From an uncultured Dokdonia sp. (lineage in GTDB: Bacteria > Bacteroidota > Bacteroidia > Flavobacteriales > Flavobacteriaceae): DNA of 64,000 nt. Numbering within the stretch: position 1 is the first letter of the stretch; each line of letters begins with the position of its first letter. A program made the position numbers and the translations under genes. The stretch covers positions 993 through 64,992 of the forward strand of contig CANNDF010000009.1 in the NCBI GenBank assembly GCA_947503305.1, read 5' to 3'. Below are positions 19,901 to 29,420 of this stretch, piece by piece. The notes beneath the pieces were generated by a model that had not been told where the DNA came from, made no database searches, and worked only from the letters and a program-made list of their open reading frames with translations.

Positions 19901-20969
19901 GTGCTTTTAAATTTTCAAGCTCTTTGGCCAATGCTTTTGTAGCACTCTCTACTTCAAAAGTATTTTTAAATCGTTTATAGCAATTTTTACTATAAAGAAT
20001 TCTTTGTATTGGACTACTTAATATATCTATAATTTTTTGTGATAAGTCTTCAGGAGAATTAGGTTCAAATAATACCCCATCTTGTCCATGTCTTATGATT
20101 TCTGCTATTCCTGTTGTATTTGATCCTATTACTGGTGTACCTACTGAAAAACTCTCTATGACGACAAACCCAAAAGCTTCTACCAATGAAGGAACTATTG
20201 TTATTTGGGCATTTGCAAAAATCTCTAGGACTTTATCTTTAGGTTGGTTTCCTAAAAAACGAACATTCCCTTTAATAGCTATATCTTCTACTTTTTGTTG
20301 ATATTTCTTAATAGCATTTCCGGTTAGACTACCTCCTAATACTAGCAATTCTACATCTTTATACAATTTTACAACTGCGGGAAGGGCTTCTAATAGCGTA
20401 TCTATGCCTTTTGATTTATGCAACCTCCCAGCATATACCAATCGATATGGGTGTACCTTTTTAGATTCAACCCTATAATCTTTCACAGCATTATAGACGA
20501 CTCTTACCTTAGAGGAAGGAACGTTAAAATGTTGTTCTATATCTGTCTTTGTAGCCTTTGAATTTGCATAAATTTCTGTAGCCATTTTATAAATAAACCG
20601 CTTTCGAAAGAGTGAAAATCGGGAGGGATTTAATTGATCTACTAAAGTCCTACGCCATGCTATCCGATGTTTTACATTATGAACAAAACCTCCTATCAAA
20701 AACATATTAACTGCCCCAAAAACAGAAATCATAATTTCTGGTTGATACTTTCTTATCCTCTGGTGTAAAAATTTAAAATCTTTCCACTGAGTAGGTCTTT
20801 TTGAGGGCCATTTATATATCGTAATGGCTTCAAGATCTTCATGCACTTCTCTAGTATCTGTAAATACAACCACGGTATGGGTATGGGAAAGATGTATAGC
20901 AAGCGATGTAAAGTAATCAGAAACAGATGCTTTTGATATAGAATATGCTAAGAATACACAAGGTTTCAT
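19893..20969 (-). CDS. Glycosyltransferase, GT4-like
   Basis: LVYAGRLHKSKGIDTLLEA..PSLVEAFGFVVIESFSVGTPVIGSNTTGIAEII. Confidence 0.8.
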   Translation of the reverse strand: MKPCVFLAYSISKASVSDYFTSLAIHLSHTHTVVVFTDTREVHEDLEAITIYKWPSKRPTQWKDFKFLHQRIRKYQPEIMISVFGAVNMFLIGGFVHNVKHRIAWRRTLVDQLNPSRFSLFRKRFIYKMATEIYANSKATKTDIEQHFNVPSSKVRVVYNAVKDYRVESKKVHPYRLVYAGRLHKSKGIDTLLEALPAVVKLYKDVELLVLGGSLTGNAIKKYQQKVEDIAIKGNVRFLGNQPKDKVLEIFANAQITIVPSLVEAFGFVVIESFSVGTPVIGSNTTGIAEIIRHGQDGVLFEPNSPEDLSQKIIDILSSPIQRILYSKNCYKRFKNTFEVESATKALAKELENLKAHV

Positions 20970-21044
20970 TGTTCTATAAAGTAGGTTAACGTCTAGTCAT
21001 ATCTGAAATTCTGATCAAGATACTGTTATTATTTATCAATATTT

Positions 21045-22055
21045 CTAGGAATGGGTCACTTTTGGTTTTGAGAACAATAAACTCAACCATCCCACTACTC
21101 TTCCTATACTCTCAGTAAATGCTTCCATTCTTACTTGCTTGCTCATACTCAAGGCATTACTAAAACGAATAGCGGTTAGTAATCCAGAGGTTGCATTCCA
21201 TTTCAATCTGGCTTTTATACTGGGTTTTGGATATCGCACTCTCCACACATACCATCCATTACGAATCACCATTTTACCATATTTATATTTATTAGGACGG
21301 CCATCCGGATCGTGATAATGATGTAATTGAGCATTTGTATTTACATATAATTTCCCTTTTTGAGATAACCTCAAGGTAAAGTCTGCGTCTTCATATAAAC
21401 CATATCCTTCAAAATATTCTGAGAATCGCTGTGCTTTTAATGCTGCTATCCTATAAGAGGCAACCCCGCCCATAAATTGTTCTACAGGGTAGATTTTTCC
21501 TGAAGGTGGAATAAAACTGACGGATCTTCCATGAGAAAAATCAGGTAAAAATCCGGGAGGAGTATTTGCATCAAGCCCTAGTTTTTTTCGTAACACAAAA
21601 CGACTTCCATCGGAGCGTACATATCCATCATAGAAAAATTGATGTTTAGTAGGAACAAATGTCTCTTCTACCTTTTTCCATGAAATCTCATTACTAATGT
21701 AGCCTCCTACTCCTAATGCTTCTGGATAAAGAGTGTAAGTGTTTAAAAGGGCTTTAAAATAATTGGGATGTAACACCGTATCATCATCCAAAAAACATAC
21801 AATATCTACTGCTGGATCCAGATGATCTATCCCATAATTACGTTGTTTTGTAAGACCGCGCTCATCATCACCTACTCTGTAATATACAACCTCGTTAAAT
21901 CCTTCGGCCTGAAGTGCTCTTTCAGAGGCATCATTAAGAGAACCATCTACTACAATGATATCATCAGGACACCTTTTTTGTTTATACACCGAATGAAGTA
22001 ATGTCACAGTGGGTATAGGTCGTTGATATGTACAAATAATAAGTGCTACTCTCAC
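21045..22055 (-). CDS. Glycosyltransferase, GT2 (GT-A)
   Basis: VALIICTYQRP..VVDGSLND..FLDDDTV (DxD). GTG start overlaps the upstream stop. Confidence 0.8.
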   Translation of the reverse strand: MRVALIICTYQRPIPTVTLLHSVYKQKRCPDDIIVVDGSLNDASERALQAEGFNEVVYYRVGDDERGLTKQRNYGIDHLDPAVDIVCFLDDDTVLHPNYFKALLNTYTLYPEALGVGGYISNEISWKKVEETFVPTKHQFFYDGYVRSDGSRFVLRKKLGLDANTPPGFLPDFSHGRSVSFIPPSGKIYPVEQFMGGVASYRIAALKAQRFSEYFEGYGLYEDADFTLRLSQKGKLYVNTNAQLHHYHDPDGRPNKYKYGKMVIRNGWYVWRVRYPKPSIKARLKWNATSGLLTAIRFSNALSMSKQVRMEAFTESIGRVVGWLSLLFSKPKVTHS

Positions 22056-23593
22056 TGTACTTTATTTTCAAGAGTTTTTGCCCAATACACACTCTGTTCC
22101 CACGCCTTTCTAAAATAAGCCCTATAGGTAAATGGGTTCTTGATATGTTGGCGTTTATAATACTTAAATGCTAAGACTAGTCGATACCCTTGCACTTGTT
22201 TTTGAGTTGTATTCTTACGTTTATGATACATCACAGTAGGAGAAGGCTTAGGTTGTAACGATTCATTACTCCAGGGAAATGTAATCGGTTTTCTGAAACC
22301 CCCTATTGGAGCTTTTAAATGCAATAACGAGATTGTAGGTTCATATAAGATTTCGGCACCTTTTTTCCTTAGTTGCATTCCATAATCCGTATCCTCTCCA
22401 TAACCAAACTCTAAAGCAATATCAAATAAAGTACTACGAGCCAGATCGCCCTTTACAAAACTATTCCCAGCACCAAAGGCTTGCCACTGTTTTGTAATTA
22501 CTTCTACTTGTTTTTCATTTTTTTGCAGATAACTTGTCGTAAGCACTTCTACTCCATATTGTTTGATACTATCAAAAATACGATATACAACATCTTTCTC
22601 GAAACGATTATCATCATCTGCAAAGAAAACCCATGGTGCATCTGTTAGAGCTATAGCCGTATTGCGAGCATTACAAGCGCCCGTTTTATGTATAAAAGTA
22701 TGCTTAATGGGATAGGGCCATTTTTCTTCCTCAATATAATTGAGAGCAGATGTATGATCCTTATTTTCATCTTGTTCTATAATAATAACCTTAGAGGGTA
22801 GAAGGGTTTGATTAGAAAAATCTTTTAAAACATTATACAGATATTCTTCCCGCCCCATTGTTGGGATAATCACATCATAAGTACGATCAAGTACTGCATT
22901 AGCATTAGACATAATAGGTATAGAAGAAATAGAAGTAACACGTTGTTTTTTTCTATATCCTAAAGAGACTATAAGATGTAAAAGCGTGAACCTTTTTTCA
23001 TATTTCCAAAGACATATGAATAAGAAAAAAATCCATTGCGTTCTATAATGCTCTTTCACAAACCTATATAACTCTCTTGTTGTTCCTAGTATTGGAGTTA
23101 TTTTAGAGAATTCATTTTTAAGCAAGGGTGCCTGATAGCAAAACAACCCTTGAGGCATTCCTTTTTTTGCTATTGAATTCAAAAAATAACCCAGAGTACG
23201 CTTTCGCGAAAGCATACTTTGGAAAGTAAGTAATACAGCTCCATGAATCCCTCCTACATCTGTACTCATAAGCCATGTAGGATAACGTACTTCTCTATTA
23301 ATTTTATGAAAGGGATTATCTTCCAGATACTCGATAGATGCAGGTATATAACTATTACCGCAAGTACTGAAACTAGCCATAACTCGTTTATGATGAAAGA
23401 TAGAATGAATTTTATTTTTATCTAGATAGGGGACTAAATTTTCTTCACACCACACAATAAGTTGATCTGGATATTCTAATGCCAACTCAAATAAAGCGCC
23501 TGTACAATGTTGTTCTTGCAATGTGATAATGTCGCCATTTGAATCAACAGCATGTATACATTCTTCTCCATTTTTATGAACAAGTATAATCAT
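22052..23593 (-). CDS. Two-domain protein: unknown N-terminal domain (about 235 aa) plus C-terminal GT2 glycosyltransferase
   Basis: The C-terminal half has YDVIIPTMGREEYL..IIIEQDEN..FFADDDNRF. I recognise no motif in the N-terminal half. Confidence 0.75.
   Translation of the reverse strand: MIILVHKNGEECIHAVDSNGDIITLQEQHCTGALFELALEYPDQLIVWCEENLVPYLDKNKIHSIFHHKRVMASFSTCGNSYIPASIEYLEDNPFHKINREVRYPTWLMSTDVGGIHGAVLLTFQSMLSRKRTLGYFLNSIAKKGMPQGLFCYQAPLLKNEFSKITPILGTTRELYRFVKEHYRTQWIFFLFICLWKYEKRFTLLHLIVSLGYRKKQRVTSISSIPIMSNANAVLDRTYDVIIPTMGREEYLYNVLKDFSNQTLLPSKVIIIEQDENKDHTSALNYIEEEKWPYPIKHTFIHKTGACNARNTAIALTDAPWVFFADDDNRFEKDVVYRIFDSIKQYGVEVLTTSYLQKNEKQVEVITKQWQAFGAGNSFVKGDLARSTLFDIALEFGYGEDTDYGMQLRKKGAEILYEPTISLLHLKAPIGGFRKPITFPWSNESLQPKPSPTVMYHKRKNTTQKQVQGYRLVLAFKYYKRQHIKNPFTYRAYFRKAWEQSVYWAKTLENKVQ
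23200..23213. repeat. Iterated palindrome, exact copy, inside a CDS
   Basis: Exact 14-mer, read in the second frame as L-S-R-K-R (SMLSRKRTLG). Confidence 0.95.
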
Positions 23594-24741
23594 CCTTCTA
23601 TTATGCTTTTGTAAAAATCAATATTTTGTATTGCTATACGTATACTATCAAAAGTAGCTTCTACTTTTTTTCTACCTTCTTTTCCTAGCTGAATACATCG
23701 TGACTCGTCTTGAAATAAATGTAAAATAGTTTCTACGTATGCTTCTACATTATTAGGGTCAATCAAAAAACCATTTTTATCATGATCAATAAGCTCCTGT
23801 GCCCATCCATAATTCGTATTGACAACTGCTTTTTGAAGCGCCATAGATTCTATGGTTACCATTCCTAAGGTTTCTGCTAGTGAAGGGAAAGCACATACAT
23901 GTGCCTGCTTAAGATGTTCTTGGACCTCCATATAACTCACTTTTTCTAAGTAGTGAGTTTGTTTTTTTGCTTTTTCAGAAAGAGTAGCTTCTACCAATGA
24001 CCATGTAGAAGCACTACCCGTTTTAATATCTCCAGAATCACTTCCTATAAAGTACAAACTTGCATCTGGCTGTATTTCTACAATATGATTAAAAGCCTCT
24101 GCCAATTGAAATACGCCTTTTTTACGGATGACTGTTCCAACATTGACAATCCTATACGTCTCAAATTTTTCTGGATGATCGTTTTGGAACTTTGATAAAT
24201 CTAGTCCGTAATGAATGGTACGAACCTTCTCTTTAGGGATTTGAAAAAGACGAGCTGTTTCTACTCCTGCATATGTTGTAGGTGCAATATAATAAGAAGC
24301 GCTTTGAATCGCTTTTTGTTCTAAAAATTTATTTTTTGCCTTTTGAGGCCTCTTTTCCAATGTACAGAAATAAGTGTCACTCCCATGAAAACGTATAACT
24401 AATGGTACTTTGAACTTCATAAAAGCTGTTATTCCTGTCCAATCAGGTGCTTCAATAGCTTGTATCTTATCTATAGTTATATGCCTATTTACATAGGAGT
24501 TAATATATTTACGATGTAAATACCAGCCTCCAAAAGGATACGATTTATTTTTTATCAAATGCATTTTTGCTCCATCAGCTTCTAGAATAGCATCCTCTTT
24601 TTGCCCATAGATAAATAGAGATACCTTAATTCCTTTTCGCGTAAGCGTAACTACTAGATTCTTAATACTAGTTCCCATTCCAGCTGCTGTTTGCACTCTA
24701 GCATGTGGGTATTCTGGAGTAATAAATCCTAAATGCATCAT
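23590..24741 (-). CDS. Glycosyltransferase, GT4-like
   Basis: MMHLGFITPEYP..GMGTSIKNL N-terminus; FPSLAETLGMVTIESMALQKAVVNTNYGWAQELI C-terminal motif. Confidence 0.8.
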   Translation of the reverse strand: MMHLGFITPEYPHARVQTAAGMGTSIKNLVVTLTRKGIKVSLFIYGQKEDAILEADGAKMHLIKNKSYPFGGWYLHRKYINSYVNRHITIDKIQAIEAPDWTGITAFMKFKVPLVIRFHGSDTYFCTLEKRPQKAKNKFLEQKAIQSASYYIAPTTYAGVETARLFQIPKEKVRTIHYGLDLSKFQNDHPEKFETYRIVNVGTVIRKKGVFQLAEAFNHIVEIQPDASLYFIGSDSGDIKTGSASTWSLVEATLSEKAKKQTHYLEKVSYMEVQEHLKQAHVCAFPSLAETLGMVTIESMALQKAVVNTNYGWAQELIDHDKNGFLIDPNNVEAYVETILHLFQDESRCIQLGKEGRKKVEATFDSIRIAIQNIDFYKSIIEG

Positions 24742-26123
24742 GTAATGGTATTTTCTAATGCTTGCCAGATACGCTCAGAGGCTTTCTCTGCTGGCATTGT
24801 ATTGATCGTTGCAAACCAATCTTGTGTTGATTGCCGAATGGCTTCTGTATCTGTAAGAACTGTTACTATCTTTTTTTTAATATCCTCTTTTGAGTAAACC
24901 CATACTACAGCATCTGTCGTAGGCATTGATCTGAAATGTACATAATCATATACCTTATGTACATCCTTTTGAAGCGTAATATTTTTAGGATTATACTTAA
25001 TATATAAACAGGGTTTATCTTGACTTATATAATCAAAGACCATTGATGAGCCCAAATTAATAGCGCATAGTGTATGTGCTACTGTATTTGCTAGTAAACT
25101 CATATCCTCACGAAGGGGTAATATTGTATTCCATGCACCTCCTATTTTTTTCCATTGGGGAGCTATGGGATATATAATGGATTTATGTTTTTCTAATACC
25201 TTATCAAATCGATCTGAAAAATCTACCGGACATCGCCTGAATAGAATACCTAGATTCTTCCCTTCTTTATTAAGCTCTGAAATTGTAGTTGCAATATCAT
25301 CCAGATATATAGGATCATGCGGGGAAGTTGTAATATCATCTCCAGAAAAACATATATAATGTATATCAGAAGGTATGTTATGTTGTTTACAAAAATCTGC
25401 TTTAGAGACTAGTATACTTGTATCATAATGAGGTTCAAATTGTGGAGTTCCCGTTACATGAATCTGATTTTCCTGAATATATGGGTAATACTCCATAAGT
25501 TGCTGTTTCATAAAGTCACTCCAAACATAATAATAATCTGTTTCTACAACTAAGGTCGCTTTAGGCACATTATCCCATGAGAAAATAAAAGTTGCTGTGG
25601 GTATTCCTAGCTCCTGAGCTGCTAGTAAGGGCGCTATCGCATGTACGGGTCGTTGATTTGTGCAAAATACAATATCAGGGCGGGCTTCTTTTAATTGTGT
25701 TATGCACTTTTGAAAATATGGTGTAGAACGCTCTTTTTTAAGAATCTGTTTACGTAATTTTTGAACTTTTTCACCTGCATATCGGGTTTCTAAAAAATGG
25801 ATGGTCCAATTTTTAATTTTCTTTTTAAATGTATTATTTGATGCCTTAAACCGATAGCTATCATATACATGATCATTAAATTTCTGTTTAAAGTTAGTGA
25901 GTTCTATTTCTTTACGAGCTCTCTTAAACAGATCTGTAACAGTAGCGGCTTTTCCAGATAGTCGTTGTTCTTGTAATCCTAAATCTGAGAGATTAAATGG
26001 GGTATGATTCCAATATACAATATCCCAGTCTTTCTCCTTTCCAATAGAAGCAAAAGAGGTGTAGGCAAAATTCCTAAGTCCTATACCGTCTGGTAATACT
26101 ATATATATCTTTTTTTTAGACAT
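24738..26123 (-). CDS. Uncharacterised protein, possibly a GT-B-fold transferase
   Basis: 461 aa with a Rossmann-like start KKIYIVLPDGIGLRNF. The central block DIVFCTNQRPVHAIAPLLAAQELGIPTATFIFSWDN looks like an inter-domain GT-B region. I cannot assign a family from the sequence alone. Confidence 0.5.
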   Translation of the reverse strand: MSKKKIYIVLPDGIGLRNFAYTSFASIGKEKDWDIVYWNHTPFNLSDLGLQEQRLSGKAATVTDLFKRARKEIELTNFKQKFNDHVYDSYRFKASNNTFKKKIKNWTIHFLETRYAGEKVQKLRKQILKKERSTPYFQKCITQLKEARPDIVFCTNQRPVHAIAPLLAAQELGIPTATFIFSWDNVPKATLVVETDYYYVWSDFMKQQLMEYYPYIQENQIHVTGTPQFEPHYDTSILVSKADFCKQHNIPSDIHYICFSGDDITTSPHDPIYLDDIATTISELNKEGKNLGILFRRCPVDFSDRFDKVLEKHKSIIYPIAPQWKKIGGAWNTILPLREDMSLLANTVAHTLCAINLGSSMVFDYISQDKPCLYIKYNPKNITLQKDVHKVYDYVHFRSMPTTDAVVWVYSKEDIKKKIVTVLTDTEAIRQSTQDWFATINTMPAEKASERIWQALENTIT

Positions 26124-26126
26124 TGA

Positions 26127-27020
26127 TTAGGGGTTGGTGTTTAGATGGTCATCTGTAAAAATTTCTGTGAATTTTTGAGCTCCAGAATTATTAAGGTGAC
26201 TACAATTGTAAAAATAGTCATCTCTATCTATAAATAGTCTTGAATAATCTATAAGTGACGGTAATTGTATTTTGAGCTTATCCACATATGCTATATTTTG
26301 AGTATTCTTACAAAAGGGAGCTGTAAAAAATACGATCGTTATCTCTTCAGCTTCTGCAAAAGCTTTTATCTTCTCTATTACTGAGTTTTCTTTTGCAATC
26401 GTATCTGGCAATTTATACTGTAATACACTATTTTGTTTTTTATATTTTGGACTATATCCATTCATAAGATTATGCTTAGGAGCTTTTCCTATACTTGAAT
26501 TAAAAAACTCTCTAAATCCTATCTTATAATCAAACTTCATATATCTAAAAAAAGGGACGTATCGTAAACTCCAATAGTTTGGATCTCTTTCTTTAATGTA
26601 TGTATCTATAACTGGAACATTAATGTGTGGTATTAAATTACTTTTTAATATCTCTGATGTACCATCTATATTGTAGACATAATCTACTTGAATAAATACA
26701 GAATCTGTACTTATTTTTTTATGAGCTAGTAATTGCAACATTAAATAGTAATCATCGAGCTTACCTCCTTGTACACCTAAGTTGATAGCACTTTTTCCAG
26801 TCTTTTTTGTTATTAATGAAGCGTCTATAGTATTATCAACCCTGGAAGATCCTATAAAGACGTAGTCTATATTTTTTAAAGGAGTTGCAAGTAAGTTTGC
26901 AACTTTATTTCTAGGTACTGCATGCTTATATACATAACTATATATATAATCCATCATAAAAAGCAATAGACATACAGCGATAAGGGTAGTAATGATATAT
27001 ATTAAAAATCGCTTCATCAA
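26127..27020 (-). CDS. Membrane-anchored SGNH/DltD/AlgJ-like protein (distant paralogue 3)
   Basis: N-terminal TM helix, a FIGSSR block (Ser nucleophile-like) and C-terminal YFYNCSHLNNSGAQKFT (NxxH where the paralogues have DxxH). Translationally coupled to the MBOAT gene. Confidence 0.55.
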   Translation of the reverse strand: MMKRFLIYIITTLIAVCLLLFMMDYIYSYVYKHAVPRNKVANLLATPLKNIDYVFIGSSRVDNTIDASLITKKTGKSAINLGVQGGKLDDYYLMLQLLAHKKISTDSVFIQVDYVYNIDGTSEILKSNLIPHINVPVIDTYIKERDPNYWSLRYVPFFRYMKFDYKIGFREFFNSSIGKAPKHNLMNGYSPKYKKQNSVLQYKLPDTIAKENSVIEKIKAFAEAEEITIVFFTAPFCKNTQNIAYVDKLKIQLPSLIDYSRLFIDRDDYFYNCSHLNNSGAQKFTEIFTDDHLNTNP

Positions 27021-28450
27021 AACTGGAAATAAATAAAACTTTGATGTTCTGAAAACACTCCAAATACAATAATCATTAAGAGTACAATCACAATTTTAAC
27101 CATATCAAACTTTCCATATAAAGGAGTTTCTCGCTGCCTATAAACCCACTCTACGCCTAGAAAAAATGCAATTAACAATAGCATTTCAACACTGTAGCGT
27201 TCTATATTTAAATATTGTTTTTTAAATTCAAGGTTTGTAAAAAGGCGTTCCAAATAAGCTAGACTATCGGTGATACTAGAAGACCTGAAAAACACCCATG
27301 CAAGACACGTAAGCACAAAGGTGCTTCCTATTTGAAAAATTTCTTTGATACTAGGAAAAAATCGCCCTCCAGCAACTATATCTATATTATTACGGTTTTG
27401 TTTTAAAAGTAATAAAGGCAGGAAATATAATGCATTTAATGCCCCCCAAGCTACAAATGTCCAGTTGGCTCCATGCCAAAATCCACTTACGATAAAAATG
27501 ACAAATACGTTACGTATTTGTTGTGTTTTACTTCCTTTAGACCCCCCAAGTGGGATATATAGATAATCTCTAAACCATGTGGACAAGGAAATATGCCAGC
27601 GTCTCCAGAACTCTGCAATATCTCTAGAAAAATAGGGGTAATTAAAATTACGCATCAAATCAAACCCAAGTAATCTTGCAACTCCAATAGCTATATTAGA
27701 ATATCCTGCAAAATCTCCATATATCTGAAATGCAAAATATACTGCACCCAGCAATAAAGTAAGAGAGTTCATGCCTTCGTAATTTGTAAAAATTGCATTC
27801 ACATAGGTTGCACAACTATCTGCAATTACTACTTTTTGAAAAAGTCCCCATATAATTAAGTGTACCCCACTTTTTGCAGTCTCAAAATTAAAAGTACGTG
27901 GTATTTTAAATTGCGGTAATAAATGGGATGCTCTTTCAATAGGGCCAGCTACTAGCTGAGGGAAAAATGCAACATAGGTGGCAAATTGTACAAAACTAGA
28001 GGTTGGTTCCATTTTTTTACGATATACATCAATAGTATAACTTAATGTCTGGAATGTATAAAAAGAAATCCCTACGGGAAGAATAATCTGTAACGAACTA
28101 GATTGCATTTCTACTCCTAGCATTTGCCATGCATCTACCCAACTTTCAATAAAGAAGTTTGCATATTTAAAAAAACCTAATAGACTTAAATTGAAGACTA
28201 AACTACATGCCAATAACCATTTCCGCTTTTTTGTGTCCTGTTGTTTCTGTAAGGCAAGTCCAACAAAATAATCTACAATCGTACTTAAAATAATAAGACT
28301 TAAAAAGCGATAATCCCACCAGCCATAAAAAACATAACTCGCTACTAAAACTAGTAGGTTTTGCGACTTTAAGTGACGTTTAAAAACGAACCAATAAAGT
28401 ATAAATACTATGGGTAAAAATGCTGCAAATGTCAATGAGTTAAAAAACAT
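27017..28450 (-). CDS. MBOAT-family membrane O-acyltransferase (AlgI/DltB-like)
   Basis: 477 aa, multi-TM. It has the conserved MBOAT block FWRRWHISLSTWFRDYLYIPLGGS and FIVSGFWHGANW with the catalytic-type His. Confidence 0.9.
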   Translation of the reverse strand: MFFNSLTFAAFLPIVFILYWFVFKRHLKSQNLLVLVASYVFYGWWDYRFLSLIILSTIVDYFVGLALQKQQDTKKRKWLLACSLVFNLSLLGFFKYANFFIESWVDAWQMLGVEMQSSSLQIILPVGISFYTFQTLSYTIDVYRKKMEPTSSFVQFATYVAFFPQLVAGPIERASHLLPQFKIPRTFNFETAKSGVHLIIWGLFQKVVIADSCATYVNAIFTNYEGMNSLTLLLGAVYFAFQIYGDFAGYSNIAIGVARLLGFDLMRNFNYPYFSRDIAEFWRRWHISLSTWFRDYLYIPLGGSKGSKTQQIRNVFVIFIVSGFWHGANWTFVAWGALNALYFLPLLLLKQNRNNIDIVAGGRFFPSIKEIFQIGSTFVLTCLAWVFFRSSSITDSLAYLERLFTNLEFKKQYLNIERYSVEMLLLIAFFLGVEWVYRQRETPLYGKFDMVKIVIVLLMIIVFGVFSEHQSFIYFQF

Positions 28451-28457
28451 CTATTCT

Positions 28458-29420
28458 TTATTTATTTAGTATTTTTTTTATTTCAGTATTTACTTTTTTT
28501 GAAAACTTCTCGGCTCCATTTTTATTAAGGTGAAAAGAGTCATAAAAATAATCTTTATTCATTGAGATCGTATCTTCAGAAAAATCCAAAAAATAAACTG
28601 TATCATGATGTGTTGCGTATTCAAGTAATTTATCATGGACCATTGGTTTAAGATTTGATATCACTTGCAAACGTTCTTTATATTCTGGTGCCCATATCAA
28701 AACCACCTTAATATTATCTTTCCGTAATTGCTCATAAAAAGTTATCGATTCTGAAACTCCTTTCATGTATGCTTGCGCATTTGAAGCATCTGTATTTAAT
28801 CTTTTAAACCGTTCAATATTTATACTGTCTCTTTGAAAATTTTGTTCTCTAGGGTAATAACCATCATAAGAAGGCTTTATAGAATATTTTTTTCCAAAAA
28901 ATGAACGTATCCCTTTTAGTAAGTATTCATTAAACTTATTATATTTTAATAAAGGGACGAAAGGATACAGGCTATAATTCTCATCTATTACAGAGAGTCC
29001 TTCTTGTAATATAGCGTTGTTTATATATGGAATAAACTGAAATTCATCTGGGATATATTGTGCCTCTAAAAAATGTGTCAAATCAACATTTTGAACAACC
29101 ATTTTTGAGGTTTTATTTGATTGTTTATACAACTCGTATTTAATCTTTTGTAAGTTGTAAGGAGCTGCATTAAGGCTAAGATTATATGCGTTTAATTCCA
29201 ATCCCTTTTGGAGTATTTTAGGGTCGTAAGAAACATAAGCTCTTGAAGATCCTAAAATAAGGATGTCTGCATTTAACTGCCCTCTAACGATTCGATTCCA
29301 TTCTCTATATGTACTTACCTCATTTCGCATAAGTCCTCTATCCGAGATATACTGGAGTCCCGCAGCAAATAACCATAGTACCAATAGTATTTTTAGAATA
29401 TATAGTATAAATACTCTCAT
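28458..29420 (-). CDS. Membrane-anchored SGNH/DltD/AlgJ-like protein (paralogue 1)
   Basis: N-terminal TM helix, ILILGSSRAY block I and C-terminal YFYDSFHLNKNGAEKFSKK (DxxH block V). Clearly homologous along its full length to the 29420-30400 product. Confidence 0.6.
   Translation of the reverse strand: MRVFILYILKILLVLWLFAAGLQYISDRGLMRNEVSTYREWNRIVRGQLNADILILGSSRAYVSYDPKILQKGLELNAYNLSLNAAPYNLQKIKYELYKQSNKTSKMVVQNVDLTHFLEAQYIPDEFQFIPYINNAILQEGLSVIDENYSLYPFVPLLKYNKFNEYLLKGIRSFFGKKYSIKPSYDGYYPREQNFQRDSINIERFKRLNTDASNAQAYMKGVSESITFYEQLRKDNIKVVLIWAPEYKERLQVISNLKPMVHDKLLEYATHHDTVYFLDFSEDTISMNKDYFYDSFHLNKNGAEKFSKKVNTEIKKILNK

Noticed and set aside
24631-24650. CTTTTCGCGTAAGC, and CTTACGCGAAATC at about 6698, considered as degenerate copies of the iterated palindrome
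   Set aside because: Each has three mismatches out of 14, which is too degenerate to separate from chance without genome-wide statistics.
24871-26118. A/T homopolymer tracts of about 8 nt inside 24738-26123 considered as phase-variation switches
   Set aside because: Runs of this length are common in DNA this AT-rich and encode Lys runs. Population data would be needed to show length variation.
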